From Schizochytrium sp. TIO01 (Eukaryota; Protista; Bigyra: Labyrinthulomycetes), in NCBI GenBank assembly GCA_004764695.1, contig SMSO01000031.1:5624761-5688760 (forward strand): DNA of 64,000 bases, written 5' to 3'. Positions 1-11,777 of this stretch are shown piece after piece. The notes beneath the pieces are model-generated. The model made no database searches. It had not been told where the DNA came from and saw nothing but the letters and a program-made list of their open reading frames with translations. The position numbers and the translations under genes were made by a program. Each line of letters starts with the position of its first letter. Positions within the stretch are counted from its first letter, which is position 1.

Positions 1-324
1 ATCATTGTCCTATGGCTGATTCGAGAACTTAAAATCCTTCGATCCTACATTTCTAATTTGAAAAATATCCCCCGTCGTCGTTATTAAACTAAAGGCACAT
101 ATTCAAACGAATACCAGAGTAAAACAACACCGATTGTGAAACGATGTAAATGATCTTGGGATCACAGCTTTCGATGGGGCAAGAGAAGAGAAGCAAAAAC
201 CGTAATTAAAGTTTAATTTAACATAAGCAGAACACGTTTGGATGCAGGTTTAATAGTCCACCACTTATCTTGTCCCTCAGTGAAACTATAATTAATACTA
301 AGTGTGGACAAGCGTTAGCAGTGA

Positions 325-1839
325 TCAGGTCCAAGGTACCCACCGCGCGTGAACAGATGGGTACTGCGCGGCGAGCAAGGCATTCAGAAGCTCATTGTCA
401 CGCTCAAAGTATGCCGCAATGATTCGACGGTTACAAGTTGTAGCTAGCGGTGAGGTGTGGTGACTGCTACCGCGATGTGTTTCTGAGAAGCGAGCGATCT
501 CACTATCCGAAAAAGGTCGAACGCCCAAGAATGCAGCAACTTCTTGCAAGGTTGTGGGAGTATCTTGATATAGCTTTTCGGCTTGAATGAAAAGGAGCTG
601 ATCAGGCTTGAAGTAGCGGAGCCATCGAACAATCTGATCTACGTAAATGCTTCTAGCGATAGCATTATCAAAATTAGACCAGAGGCAATTGCGGCGAATG
701 CATTCCGAAGATAAAGGGCCTGCGCATGATGCACGCGCCTGCACTGGTGGCCGATGTGGACGTACTGCTGGTCCTAGGTTGGTTTTGCTGCTAAAAATTT
801 TCGAGATCTGTGCAGAGTCCCCAATATAGTATCGTAGGGCATCCCATGGGTCAAGCCCATCCACCTCTGCAGCAGCAGGTGCATCTCCAAAATTCAAAGG
901 TAATGCACCCGAAGAGGTGATTTCGGCTGCACATGAGTCAAGTTCCTCGATGGAACTCCGCCAGAAGGTCTTGCAAGTATGCGTAGTAAGATTGCGTTCA
1001 ACAAATCCTACGTAGTGCGAAACAAACCGCTCTACAGGATTACGCAGAGTGGTGATCACCTTCACCCGCGGAAGAGTATGAGCGATACGCACAGGCGCAA
1101 TCGGATGTCGAATATAACTAGGAGTACCTTCGCCTGTAAGCACCCATGGAGTCTCCGAAGTATCATAAAAATGTCTTCTGTAGTACTTGATGCCTCGTTT
1201 CCACAGTATGTCCAGAGTGAAAAAACGTGTCTCTTTGCACGAACTCGGTCTAACGTGGCCATGCTGCACGAGGTAGCCGTACAATGCAGTGCTTCCAGCC
1301 TTGTGCGCGCCTGCGATGAGGAAATCTGGTAAGGAACCCTTGGTCGCATGAAAATACTTTCTGCACGCGTATGTATCGAAAGGATCATTGTAAAAGTTAG
1401 CTAGCGAATCATCGACATTTGAGGGTGATGATTCTTGCATAATAGGCTTATGATTGCTGAGACCACTATCGTTGATTTCCTCATGCTCGATGACGTTTTG
1501 GCCTCCACCAGGTTTGTCGTCAAAATCACTTTCGTGAGGTTTGATGCCTTGAAAACTCAAACCGTCTCCGGATGTGGTCATGGTTTGTAGCCAGGGAGCC
1601 CCGTCGTGAGATATAGTGTTGCGAGGTCCCATTATTCCTCCTAGCGCTGCTGTCGTCGCGATGGCCGCTGCGGCGATCACGATTAAGCGGAGTCTGGTCC
1701 ACGACGAGGAGCCCAATCTATCCAGTCTGCCTCCATCGTCCATGCCGCCATACCGTCTCACGCTATTTTCGCTCCCAGGGCTCTCACCGAGGTTCCCTGC
1801 GGGCCTGAGCAGCCCATTCTCCTCCCCATCGTCCCCCAT
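325..1839 (-). CDS. Type II membrane (Golgi) sulfotransferase, heparan-sulfate 3-O-/N-sulfotransferase-like (Sulfotransfer_1 family)
   Basis: 5'-PSB loop LPDFLIAGAHKAGSTALYGYL, KETRFF, GEGTPSY and 3'-PB motif TLRNPVERFVSHY. N-terminal hydrophobic anchor LIVIAAAAIATTAALGGI. The first in-frame ATG is at 1839; the ORF-track extension to 2034 starts at a non-ATG codon. Confidence 0.9.
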   Translation of the reverse strand: MGDDGEENGLLRPAGNLGESPGSENSVRRYGGMDDGGRLDRLGSSSWTRLRLIVIAAAAIATTAALGGIMGPRNTISHDGAPWLQTMTTSGDGLSFQGIKPHESDFDDKPGGGQNVIEHEEINDSGLSNHKPIMQESSPSNVDDSLANFYNDPFDTYACRKYFHATKGSLPDFLIAGAHKAGSTALYGYLVQHGHVRPSSCKETRFFTLDILWKRGIKYYRRHFYDTSETPWVLTGEGTPSYIRHPIAPVRIAHTLPRVKVITTLRNPVERFVSHYVGFVERNLTTHTCKTFWRSSIEELDSCAAEITSSGALPLNFGDAPAAAEVDGLDPWDALRYYIGDSAQISKIFSSKTNLGPAVRPHRPPVQARASCAGPLSSECIRRNCLWSNFDNAIARSIYVDQIVRWLRYFKPDQLLFIQAEKLYQDTPTTLQEVAAFLGVRPFSDSEIARFSETHRGSSHHTSPLATTCNRRIIAAYFERDNELLNALLAAQYPSVHARWVPWT

Positions 1840-2736
1840 ATCGCTGCCGGCGGAGTCCGCGCTCCGCCGAGCATTACGATTCTGTGCATGAATGATATTA
1901 TTATGAAGGCAATCGAATGGAACACAATAATGACATAATAACAAAGCCAATGCTACATCTCTAGAGGTATTGTGAATGCACTCTCCTTTTGGCCTAGGCT
2001 CCCTCCAACACCACGAGACATAAAAATGCCCCAAGCTCTGCGAGTGCTTGAGTTTGTCAAAAGCTTCGCATCTAAGACGATCGATTCAAGCAGCATTCAC
2101 TTCAAGTTTGTGTGAAAGAATTTCGAGCGAGCTTAAATCAAACTACGCATACTAATACGCAGATTCTCACGCATCTAAAGTCATCTAAAGTAGCCGTTTG
2201 TGGGAAGGCTTAAACTTCTCTGTCGGTCAAAACAACACTGGCATCGCACGCAAAAGAGGAGACACCGCAGCGTGGCGATCTAATACAAGTACACCTCTCT
2301 TCTTGAATCCTATACACGTCTCTTCGCCAGCTCAATCAGGTAAACTTTGTACCTGAAGAGTTATGTTTCAAGTCGGCCTGCTTGTGAAGGTTGGATCCCT
2401 CATGCATCGATCGCACCGAGAAAGGATACAGAAATAAGAATAAAATAACCATCCGGTCTCCAAGTCTCGGTATCCAGTGGCCTGGTCACCGCACCAGTGT
2501 CTGGGGGCGCCGTTTTGCAAGCGCCTTCCTACTCCAAGTCTTGCTCTGCCCGCTTCGCCCTTTCTTGCGCAACGCACGCCTGTTGATGCCTCATTCCATT
2601 TCGATTTTCGAACTCTATCGATTCTATCCCTCTTTTCCCACTCAGGCAGTCTACTACCCTTCACCTACACTAAACTATATACCCCACCTCATTTACCCCT
2701 TACTATAGCACTACAGCAGCGCCTTAGCCCTGTCTG

Positions 2737-2807
2737 TCGCTCTTTTCCCTCCTCGCTCTTTTCCCTCCTCGCTCTTTTTCCTCCTCGCTCTTTTTCCTCC
2801 TCGCTCT
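2737..2807. repeat. 16-bp tandem repeat (TCGCTCTTTTYCCTCC) x~4.4
   Basis: Read directly from sequence. Confidence 0.9.
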
Positions 2808-3127
2808 AAAGAGCTCTTGACAAACTGCTGGCAAGCCAAGGCTGCTTTCAAGATACAGAAGGCGGCCGCTGCGAAGCCGGGCCGCGAGACCTCTGCGGAT
2901 ACTGGCTGGCGGGCTGGCGGGCTGGCGGGCTGGCTGGCTGGTTGACCGTGTGTCCAGCTGCTCGCTCGACCAGCTGTCTCTTGTCCTTTCCGTGCAGTGA
3001 GCTAAGCATCTGAATCTCTCCTCAATTGGAAACACGCGAAATATGCGAGGTCTCCCTGGAAGAGTGAGTGTGTGTATATATACAAGACACGGTGCACCAA
3101 GCAGCAGGTTTTGAGTCGGCTCGAATC

Positions 3128-3202
3128 TCGAAGTTTGAAAGTTCGAAGTTTGAAATTTCGAAGTTTGAAGTTTGAATTTGAAATTTCGAAGTTTGAAACT
3201 TG
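3128..3202. repeat. Degenerate 7-8-bp GAAGTTT/GAAATTTC tandem array
   Basis: tcgaagtttgaaagttcgaagtttgaaatttcgaagtttgaagtttgaatttgaaatttcgaagtttgaaactt. Confidence 0.8.
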
Positions 3203-3517
3203 AGAGTTCTAACTTCGACTTGCGGAATGGTTTCTCCAACTGAGAGAGATATTAGCATCAAACTCCGAACTGAGAACCGCAATTGGGGGGGGGGAGGGCT
3301 TGGCACTGCTTCCTCCATGAATGGAGGTCTTCGAAGGCGGAGAGGTGAGGCGCTGCGGCTCGGGCGGCCTGCGGAGGCGTCGGAGCCCGCCCTTATGGCA
3401 GCCGGCTAGCCATAGCTTCCTGTTTCCCCATGCGTTCGAAGCCTTCAGATGCCTTGCTTTGACTTTGGCGTCCTCTACAACGAGGTCTTCTCTTCTTCAG
3501 GGGGTTAGGTATCCATC

Positions 3518-3580
3518 CTTCCAGGTCTTGGAGCTCTTCCAGGTCTTGGAGCTCTTCCAGGTCTTGGAGCTCTTCCAGGT
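3518..3580. repeat. 18-bp tandem repeat (CTTCCAGGTCTTGGAGCT) x3.5
   Basis: Three perfect copies plus a half copy. Confidence 0.9.
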
Positions 3581-5376
3581 TAAAGTTCTCCAGCCTTTCC
3601 GAGTCTTCGGGTTGATCTCCCAAGTCCTTGAATCCCGTTGCGGAGTTTTCGATCTGAGTTTGAGCCTGAGGACTTGACTTGCTTGAAGTTGAGAGCAAAG
3701 TTGAGGGTGGGTTTGTTGAGGAGGGTTCGGGTCTCCTAGGCACTCTTCAAGTTTCTTGACCTGCGCTCTTTCCCTCTTTTCCTCCGGAACTTGAACGTGC
3801 ATGCGCGTTTCCTTCCCCACCGCGTTCTTGCAGCCGCCGCGCGTTCCGGCTTGCCTCGTCTCGCCTCCTGAGTACCATGATGACTCAGTGAGGTCATCGC
3901 CTGGTATCCCGTAAATCCACCTTAAACCATCGCGTCGGAAATCTTGAGAAGTGTTCCCTTTTCATTCTTCTATTTTATTATTTCTTAATGATTTTGGTGT
4001 ATAGCGCCATATGAAGCGCTTTTAGCTCAGTGGAGTCTTCGACCGAGTGCATGCTGCAAAGTACAGAGCTCTCTACTCTAAGAGACAAGTTCGCGAAGTT
4101 TCTGGGAAACATTTGACAGAACTTAGTATATGCTGATAGAGAGAGACACACTCAGATATAAATATTCAATTGTCAAAACAGCTTTTTAGGGAAGGGCGAG
4201 AGGGGGCGAGAGGGGGGATATGTCAATCACAAATCTGGAGTCCTTCACGTATAAAACTTGCCCAACCATGGAGTTTCGGAAACATCAACCCTTCTTCGGA
4301 AATGGATGCCAATTACAGGTATACGAGATATGCAGATTTTATGAAGATTTTATGAAGATTTTTATCCCTGTCCGGAATGAATGGAAATATAGTATTTGAG
4401 AAGTCATTTTGTACACACGTTTATGCAAGGCGAATCCTGTAAGAGAAGGCCTTTGTATTCCAGAGAGCACGTCATTTTGTTTCGCAAAAGCTTCGAATAT
4501 GCAAGTCCAAATTAATCTATTCTTTTAAGGCCTCTCGAAATCAATGAGAGAGAACCCGAAGCTCATCAATCTTCTTGAACATTGCATAGCCTTTCGAAAA
4601 TTTGAGAAGGAAATTTCTAAATGGATCTCTGGTACCGTTGGTATCTATGCTGCAGTCCCCCAGATCTGATGCAGAAATACGGAAGAAAAACTAGCATCAA
4701 CTCTCTTCATTGCCAGGCAAACCCGATACCAACACACCGACGAATATCTAGCTAGTGTCCTATTAAGATCGTTATCTTCTCCTGCTGCCCGAAAGTTCAT
4801 GTTTCAATATCTGCTCCAATTTCCATCGTCTCGATTCTTTCTGAAGATAATCATAATAATAGTATTAACACTAATATGAAGTGAGCCTCTGTCCTTCTAA
4901 GTTCTCAAATACCTCAGGCTTGTGCTACCTTAAACATGCAAATGCTTCTGTTTCCCTTTTTTCCCTTTTCTCTCATGTACTAAGTAAGCCACTTTCAGAT
5001 GTGGGTACTGTTGTGGGTACACAGGGAGTATCTGATTTGCTATGGCCATGTTACTTGTTACTGTGGGGGGTAAGTGATCTACTTTTGGTGCGTTTTTAAA
5101 TTTTGAAGGAGTTAAAAAATAATAAAAACAAAAAAAAGGCGCTCCACGGATCATCGTGAAAAGATAGGTGTTCACGGCACCAGTGATCCGCCCGTACGAA
5201 ATGCAACAGCTCCCCCACTCTGCGCTCCAAAGCCAAGCGCAAAACGCACTCAAGCCCCGTTATCACCAAACTCCACCTCCTCCGCTTATCCATCCAACAA
5301 GCCACCACTACTTTTCCCCCTACTAGATCCAAACCCCCCCGCCAAATGCAACGCATTGTTCCAGGAGTTCCATACC

Positions 5377-5438
5377 TCGAACTGGGATTCAAATTGGGTT
5401 TCGAATTGGGTTTCGAATTGGGTTTCGAATTGGGTTTC
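5377..5438. repeat. 12-bp tandem repeat (TCGAATTGGGTT) x~5
   Basis: Read directly; first two copies degenerate. Confidence 0.9.
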
Positions 5439-5779
5439 AAAAGTCCATCTTGGAGCCCAAATTGCGGTTCTGCGCGTGGACCAAGCCCGACTCTCCTGCG
5501 CCGCGAGGGCGGCGTTGACCGGGCCGGGCACGCCGCCAGCTAGCCGCGTGCCTGCGTGCCTGCCTGCCTGAGCCCTGAGTCCGTTTTCAAAAAGGCGCCG
5601 ACCTGGAGCGAGCGAGCTGGGCCGCGCGATGTCCTGGAAGGCGCCTCGCTGGTACGAAGAGCTGGGTGGAACCGGACTCGACCCCAGCTCGAGGCTCGCT
5701 GCAGCAGCAGCGAGAGCGGCATCGCTCTCTCTGCCAAGATCGCCATGATCTTGACCCAGTCCGTCGAGCTAGCTGCGCC

Positions 5780-5841
5780 CGACCTCGAAATCGACCTCGA
5801 AATCGACCTCGAGATCGACCTCGAAACCGACCCCGAAACCG
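5780..5841. repeat. 12-bp tandem repeat (CGACCTCGAAAT) x~5
   Basis: Read directly; copies degenerate toward the 3' end. Confidence 0.85.
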
Positions 5842-7046
5842 GGACCTCCCTCGAGCGAAGCTTGCTTTCTCTGCGGCCGAGCGCTTGGTCAGCGGCGGCG
5901 GCGAGACCAGCGCAGCGAGATTTCTGCCAGACGGACAGCCATGGCTACGCTCAAGCAAACCAGCCAAAGGACGAGGCCTGCGAGATGGGCGCGGGCAGCT
6001 CGACATTTCCACTGACAATCAATCGACCACTCGGTCGGGCATTCATTCGATCGATCGATCGATCGATGGAGGGATTCCTTCGCCCACGCATCCAGAAAGC
6101 TGCGCCGACCGATGTGGAGGGAGATTGACGTATCGGCATCGCCACATCCTCACTCTGCGGTCAAGAGCGGCGACGATTTGGGTGCAGCGAGAGCTTGTCC
6201 TTTGCGGCGAAGGACAGGAGACGAAGGAGAGGAGACGAAGGAGAGGCCAGGCGAGGAGCTCTTGCGGGTGGACATTCACTCTCACTCACTCACTCCCTCC
6301 AGCCAGCCAGCCAGCCGCCTGGAGGGATGGATGGACACCGGCTGGCTGGTGAGGCTGCGCGAACGAGAGCCTCGCGGGCGGCGGTCGCGGAGCCATGCTC
6401 GCTCGAGGCTCTGTGCGGCGTGCTCCACGGCGAAGGGATCGCGAGCAATCGCACGCAGGCTGCAGGCCGCTCGTTCCTTGCCAGGCAGGCCCTCTGCGGC
6501 GGCGCTCTCAGCGCTGAAAGGAGCCGAGCCTGCGTCAAAATTGACGCTGAGGTTGACGTCGAGGTTGAGGTTGCGGCCGGCGCTTCCCAGAAGACGGAGA
6601 CCACGGCGACCTGGAGGACGGAGAAGCTCAAACGAAGTCGCCCTTGTCGCGAGCCACCGCCGTGCTCTGTTTGCGGCGTTCACGGCAGCGGGCCTGCCTT
6701 CGGAGACCCGCGGGAGAGGGAGTTGGAGACCCTGGAGCCCTCGAGACAGCGAGGGACTCGGGCAGCTCGACAGCGCAGCACAGCCCCGGCGCCGCCACTG
6801 TCGAGTCAAGACCAAAGCAGACCAGGCCAGATCAAGACCGGCGACCGGCGGAGGAGGGAGCGTGCGTGCAGCTGGAAAACTGCGAGGAGCTCGTGAATGA
6901 TCTGAGCGAGGCTGGCTCGCCAAGTCACAATTGTAAACCCGGGCAGGCAGGCAGTCAGTCAGTCGATAGGCAGATAGGAACCTTTCATCGCGGCCAACTC
7001 ACTTCCGCTCCTACAGCTGAGGCTGCTACAACTTGAACTCCTTGAG

Positions 7047-7133
7047 CAGAATTTCAGAATGTCAGAATGTCGGAATATCAGAATGTCGGAATATCAGAAT
7101 GTCAGAAGGTCAGAATGTCAGAATGTCAGAATA
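7047..7133. repeat. 8-bp tandem repeat (CAGAATGT) x~11
   Basis: Read directly; variants CGGAATAT and CAGAAGGT. Confidence 0.9.
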
Positions 7134-7224
7134 TGTTTCTGTGTGTGCGCGCGCGTGTGCACAGCAACATCAGTTTCGAGTTTCATCGCCAAATCGCCGA
7201 CAGCCGTTCGGTCTGCGATTCTTG

Positions 7225-7400
7225 ATTCACTCACTCACTCAGTCAGCTCAGAACTCGCGTCTAAGCGACCATTCATCATTCATCCATTCATTCATCGATT
7301 CATCCATCCATCTAAGATACCCACACATTCATCCATCCATTCATTCATCCATTCGCCAACGATGAACTCATCCCATCATCCATCCATCCATCCATTCATT
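7225..7400. repeat. Degenerate (TCAT/CCAT/TCAC)n tetranucleotide tract
   Basis: attcatcattcatccattcattcatc... low-complexity run. Confidence 0.75.
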
Positions 7401-7417
7401 CTGTATGTCAGTATGGT

Positions 7418-7460
7418 ATTTATGCAGCATTTATGCAGAATTTATGCAGTATTTATGCAT
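7418..7460. repeat. 11-bp tandem repeat (ATTTATGCAGN) x4
   Basis: Read directly. Confidence 0.85.
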
Positions 7461-8337
7461 ACCCAAAGAGCTCGCATGCCTGAATACCGAATCGTAGCGC
7501 GAAGTCGGAGTCTGTTTCGGCGGCGCGAGCGCAAAGTTCCTTAGGAGAACTGGGAAGAAGAAGAAGAAGGAGAAGAAGAAGAAGACGTTCACGAAGAAGA
7601 TGCGGGAAAAGAAAGCGAAGGTGCCAATAAAACAAGCAACCTGACGAGCTGGCACCGCCCTCGAAGAGACGGTCGATGGGATCGATCAACGCAGTTGGGC
7701 CAATTCAGAAACAGACACAGTCTCCAACGCAAGGAATGGACGAACTTGGTGGTTGGGTGAACGAGCGAATGGTGAATTCATTTTAATTGACGAAGCGAAT
7801 GGACGATCGAACGAATGATCGCTGAGGCGAGAAACTGCGATGGAAACGGCCTCCTTCCTCGCTCGCACCCGCAGTACTAGCGACTGAGGGGACCCTTAGA
7901 AGAATGTTAAGAACTGCTAAAGAAGTGGGGTGCCAGCCAGACGGCCAGCGACGCGCACGGCAAAAGGCGCTCTCCACACAGCACATGGGGTCTCCAGGAT
8001 CCCGCAGTGCTGTGGTGGAGGAGAAAAAGAACATGCATCGCGAAACAGGTGGGGAAAGGGAACCTACAGGGGCGAGGATAGAGCGAGCCGCAGATTGTGG
8101 AGACGACAGCAAATCCGAATCGAAGGAAATTGAGATTCGAAGAACCACATACTGCATTGCATTGCGCCGTGTTGCGTTGCACTGCGTTGCATTGAATCGA
8201 TTTCAAACAAGAGTTGAGCTGCGGCGTGCGCAGATAGAAGAGCGGGCTAGGAAATTTGTGGCGATAGTGACGTCGTGGTAGTGAAGGACAACTTGCTCGA
8301 AGGTTAGTGCAGCTCATTGGTCCAAGTTCTAGGCCAG

Positions 8338-9096
8338 ATGCTACAGCTCCAACACGGGTGGGCCCGAGCAAAGCACTCTATGCGCAGAAGAAATGGGTCT
8401 GCCAACAGCAGCAGTGAGCTTGAGGCCCTGACCATGCGGGACCATGCATCTGATAGTAGCATGCACATGGAGAACCACCGAGGCGATCTGGAGCTCAATC
8501 TTAACTTTAGTCGTCAGCAACAACAATTCCAGCAAGAAGAGCAAAACTGCCGTGACGCACGGGTCGAGGAAGATGGTGTTAAGCATAAACGATGGACTGC
8601 TTTACGCAAAGGAATGCACTCACGTGGTCAACAACGCAAGCAAAATGAGAATCAGGGCAACCGAAAGCACCAGCTCAAGACAAACTTTGAAGATCTCCCC
8701 ATGTCACCTGTTATGGCTCTCTCGCCAACCCTCGAGCTCTACAAAGCCCAGTTTGAGGCTGCACTTGCGCAAAGCGTTGACCAAGAAAACCAAAGACGTT
8801 TGGCCAACCATATTGTCAAGGAGACAAGTGACGGTGGTATTCGCTGGGAGCAGGACGATGACGAGGATGATGACGCGGAAGACTATGTGCTGGACTTCAC
8901 TGCTTGCGGCGACATCAAGCTTCCTGACGACGACATAGATCTTGCGGCGGAAAAACATTTTAGCCTTGATCTTGCCGACAAATCCTCTGCGCGCCGCGGC
9001 CGGGTGCACGCCATTCGCCCTAGTGTCGTTGCACCCTTGGTCTCCAAAACTCGGCGCTCATCTCCTCGCAGAATCCGCGCCGCTCTTCACCTTTGA
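8338..9096 (+). CDS. Hypothetical protein (~252 aa), largely disordered, with an acidic patch
   Basis: Long ORF with protein-like composition (Q run, DDDEDDDAEDY), followed by an AT-rich 3' region. The first in-frame ATG is at 8338. No domain recognised. Confidence 0.55.
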   Translation: MLQLQHGWARAKHSMRRRNGSANSSSELEALTMRDHASDSSMHMENHRGDLELNLNFSRQQQQFQQEEQNCRDARVEEDGVKHKRWTALRKGMHSRGQQRKQNENQGNRKHQLKTNFEDLPMSPVMALSPTLELYKAQFEAALAQSVDQENQRRLANHIVKETSDGGIRWEQDDDEDDDAEDYVLDFTACGDIKLPDDDIDLAAEKHFSLDLADKSSARRGRVHAIRPSVVAPLVSKTRRSSPRRIRAALHL

Positions 9097-11777
9097 ACAA
9101 AAAAAGTAAATGCCATACAAAGCATAGCCTCAAAGCACCACCGATCTTTTTTATCCGTATCAGATAATTCCGGGCGGTGCTTCTATATGCTTTGAGAAGA
9201 GGCAACTGTCCTTTCATATTAAGCAAGCCTTCTACTTAAAGGTGAATACACAACCCAACAACTTGTTTATTGATCCTCAGTCAACAAGATTTGCTTGCAA
9301 TATCTTGCAAAGTCTCACTGTGACCAGGAGAAAAGCTCATAATATTCAGCTTTGACTGGATACATATTCTGTCGTAAAGGATATGAAATTGATTGACGAA
9401 GAAGATGGAAAACGCTGGTAGAACACCTCCCTGAATTCTGGCAGAAAACCTATAATACCAAATATTGGAACAAGCTTTTCCAGTGACAAACACAGAAACA
9501 AGATCACTTATCTATAAAGGAGCGAAGAGGCATCCTCTTTCGTAGTAGCTTTTGACTTTATAGTCCTCTACACAGCGGCCGTCTCAATATGACTGGCAAG
9601 ATGGTATGATGGAATAAATGAATTGATGCACAAAACACCAGGTCAGCAAGAATAATAATATATTAATGATGATAAAAACCAATGTGCAAGTTGCACAAGA
9701 TGGGAAAGGCCCACGCCTGATTGAAAATTGCCCCTAAAGAATGATTCAAATACCCTACTTCCGCATTTTACACAACTCAAAAGAAGATATAATATAATCT
9801 ATATGTAGTATGATCCAACCTTACATTCTTTTTATGGCTGTAGCTATCATCATTGCGCTATCCTTTTCTCCACTTTATAAAGGTTTAGTTCGTTGTTCTT
9901 ATTGAAAATCAATATTAGTCCAAATCTTGATTAACTAATAGGTCTTCATATACTAGCTCAGTTTTCTATTGGGAAGAGGATTAACCGGCATGCAACAGTT
10001 ATTTTAATCGCTAGCAATGTTAGGATTTCTCTTAAAGGATTCAAACAGAACCTTTTGAGCTTACATGATCGAAATTGTATTTGTCAATTTAGAACGTATG
10101 ATTCCGAAAATTACATAAACCTGTCAATTCAATGCTAGGAACTATCTATACCCTACTTACACCTTATCGTCCCCAAACCCAATTTACTTTCCTGATGTTA
10201 TCACAAGTTGTACGATACTGCACTTTGCCCCAGTCTCTACTGTTCTCTGAATGAGGAGGTAACACTATCATGCAATCAACAAATGATCTCCATGATAGTT
10301 ATTGAAACCTGCGCTGCCCGGCCCGGGCCATTTTCTTGTACTGAGTAAGTCAGTGTCGAGCTCCCGCTGCCTCCCATTTCGTCAGCAAACACTTTTCCAT
10401 TCGCAACGCAGAAGCAGGCACGATGGTAACAAAACTATCACCCAGGCAGTACAGATATGAATGAACTTCTGTCGTGAGCAACAAGGTGGAAGAAACACTC
10501 GAACGAAGTAAATGTCCCACTTCCTGCCCTTATCCCCACTTGCGCTGAGTCCAGCGAATGACGCTTTTTAATTGCCTCAGCACACTAAGATAAGCAGCGG
10601 CTGGCTCGTTGCCTTGACCACTTCTGAGCATTCCTCACCCCAGCCCCGGCCCCGCCCCGCCTCAGTCTCACGCAGCCGAAAGCACTGCAGTCTTCCGTAG
10701 AGACGTCCGTGGAAATCATCCATTCTCAAAATGTGCAAGTATTTATTGACCACCTCCTAGTCTTTCTGCTTGTCAATGTTCTAAAAAATGATAAACCATC
10801 ACATCCTCCACGCTACCCAAGCTGGCAGTCATGTCTTCAAGATCGACACCTTGGGCACCGCAACGCCGAGTTCTCTTCTTTGCAACACGCACGCTCACCG
10901 GTTCTCGAACCCAATTAATCAGCCATCATCATCTCTCTGACGTTCTCTCACGCCATTGCAATAAGAACGATAGTTTTAGTTTTTAGTTTTTTTTTTTAAA
11001 TTAAAAAGTTGTTTTCCCTTTAGTTTGATTTATATCTTCATGGTACTCTAAAATGAGCCCGAGACCCAGCTAAGCGGCACCCGACTTACCTTGACAAAGC
11101 TCAGCGGGCCTTGGCCAAGGCCTGCGCTCTCTTAAGCTTGCCAGAGCTCTCGGAGGCGTGTATATCTTTCATTCAAATAGACGACCTTGGCAATCAATTC
11201 TGTAGCCTTGAAAGACCCATGTTGGCGATCTCGACATGACTAAGAGTCAGTTACGCGCCCATAGCACTCCCAAAAGGTGTGTAACACGACCAATCTTCAA
11301 TTACGATCGCCAAAGTTCAATCTCTTTTCGCAATACTTCTCGAATCAAATGATCTCCTGTCATCTCAAAAAAAAAGGGAGGTCTCACGAATAGATGTCGC
11401 TGGATGGAAGAGGGCTGCGACTGCAACAAGTTCTTGGTGATCAGCAGAAGAAGATGGTGAGAACTCGAAGAAGCTCATCCACAGGAGGATGGACTATTAT
11501 GGAGTGTCCTGAGGGAGCCTGAAAAATGTACCGTTGAGCAAATTCTTCTGAGGCGATTGATTTCTACAGGAGGAGAGAGGCAAAGTAAATTGACTGCCTC
11601 CGGCACCTGGGTGCCCTAGGCGAGAGACTTTGAGGTGTCAGCGCAGCGGGAGATCCTCGCGCTGGAGGACGGTTGCTGCCTGCAAAAACTCTGCACGGCA
11701 GCAGCATTGCAGGCTAGGCTCTTGGGGTCGCAAAGCTTTGGAGCAGAAGACCAACTGCCGCAAAATAAGAAGTCACC

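Noticed and set aside
3393-3820. ORFs with LEELQD / WKSSKT repeats
   Set aside because: The peptide repeats simply reflect the 18-bp tandem repeat; no consistent gene model across frames.
4016-4051. tRNA-like 5' end GCGCTTTTAGCTCAGTGG
   Set aside because: No anticodon arm or proper T arm; cannot form a cloverleaf.
5556-7036. Many overlapping 110-260-aa ORFs on both strands
   Set aside because: GC-rich DNA with few stops; Arg/Ala/Pro-rich translations run through microsatellites, mostly start at non-ATG codons and show no domain.
7904-8281. 125-aa ORF upstream of the 8338 gene
   Set aside because: It runs through a (TTGCA/TTGCG)n tract; probably UTR or intron, with no recognisable domain.
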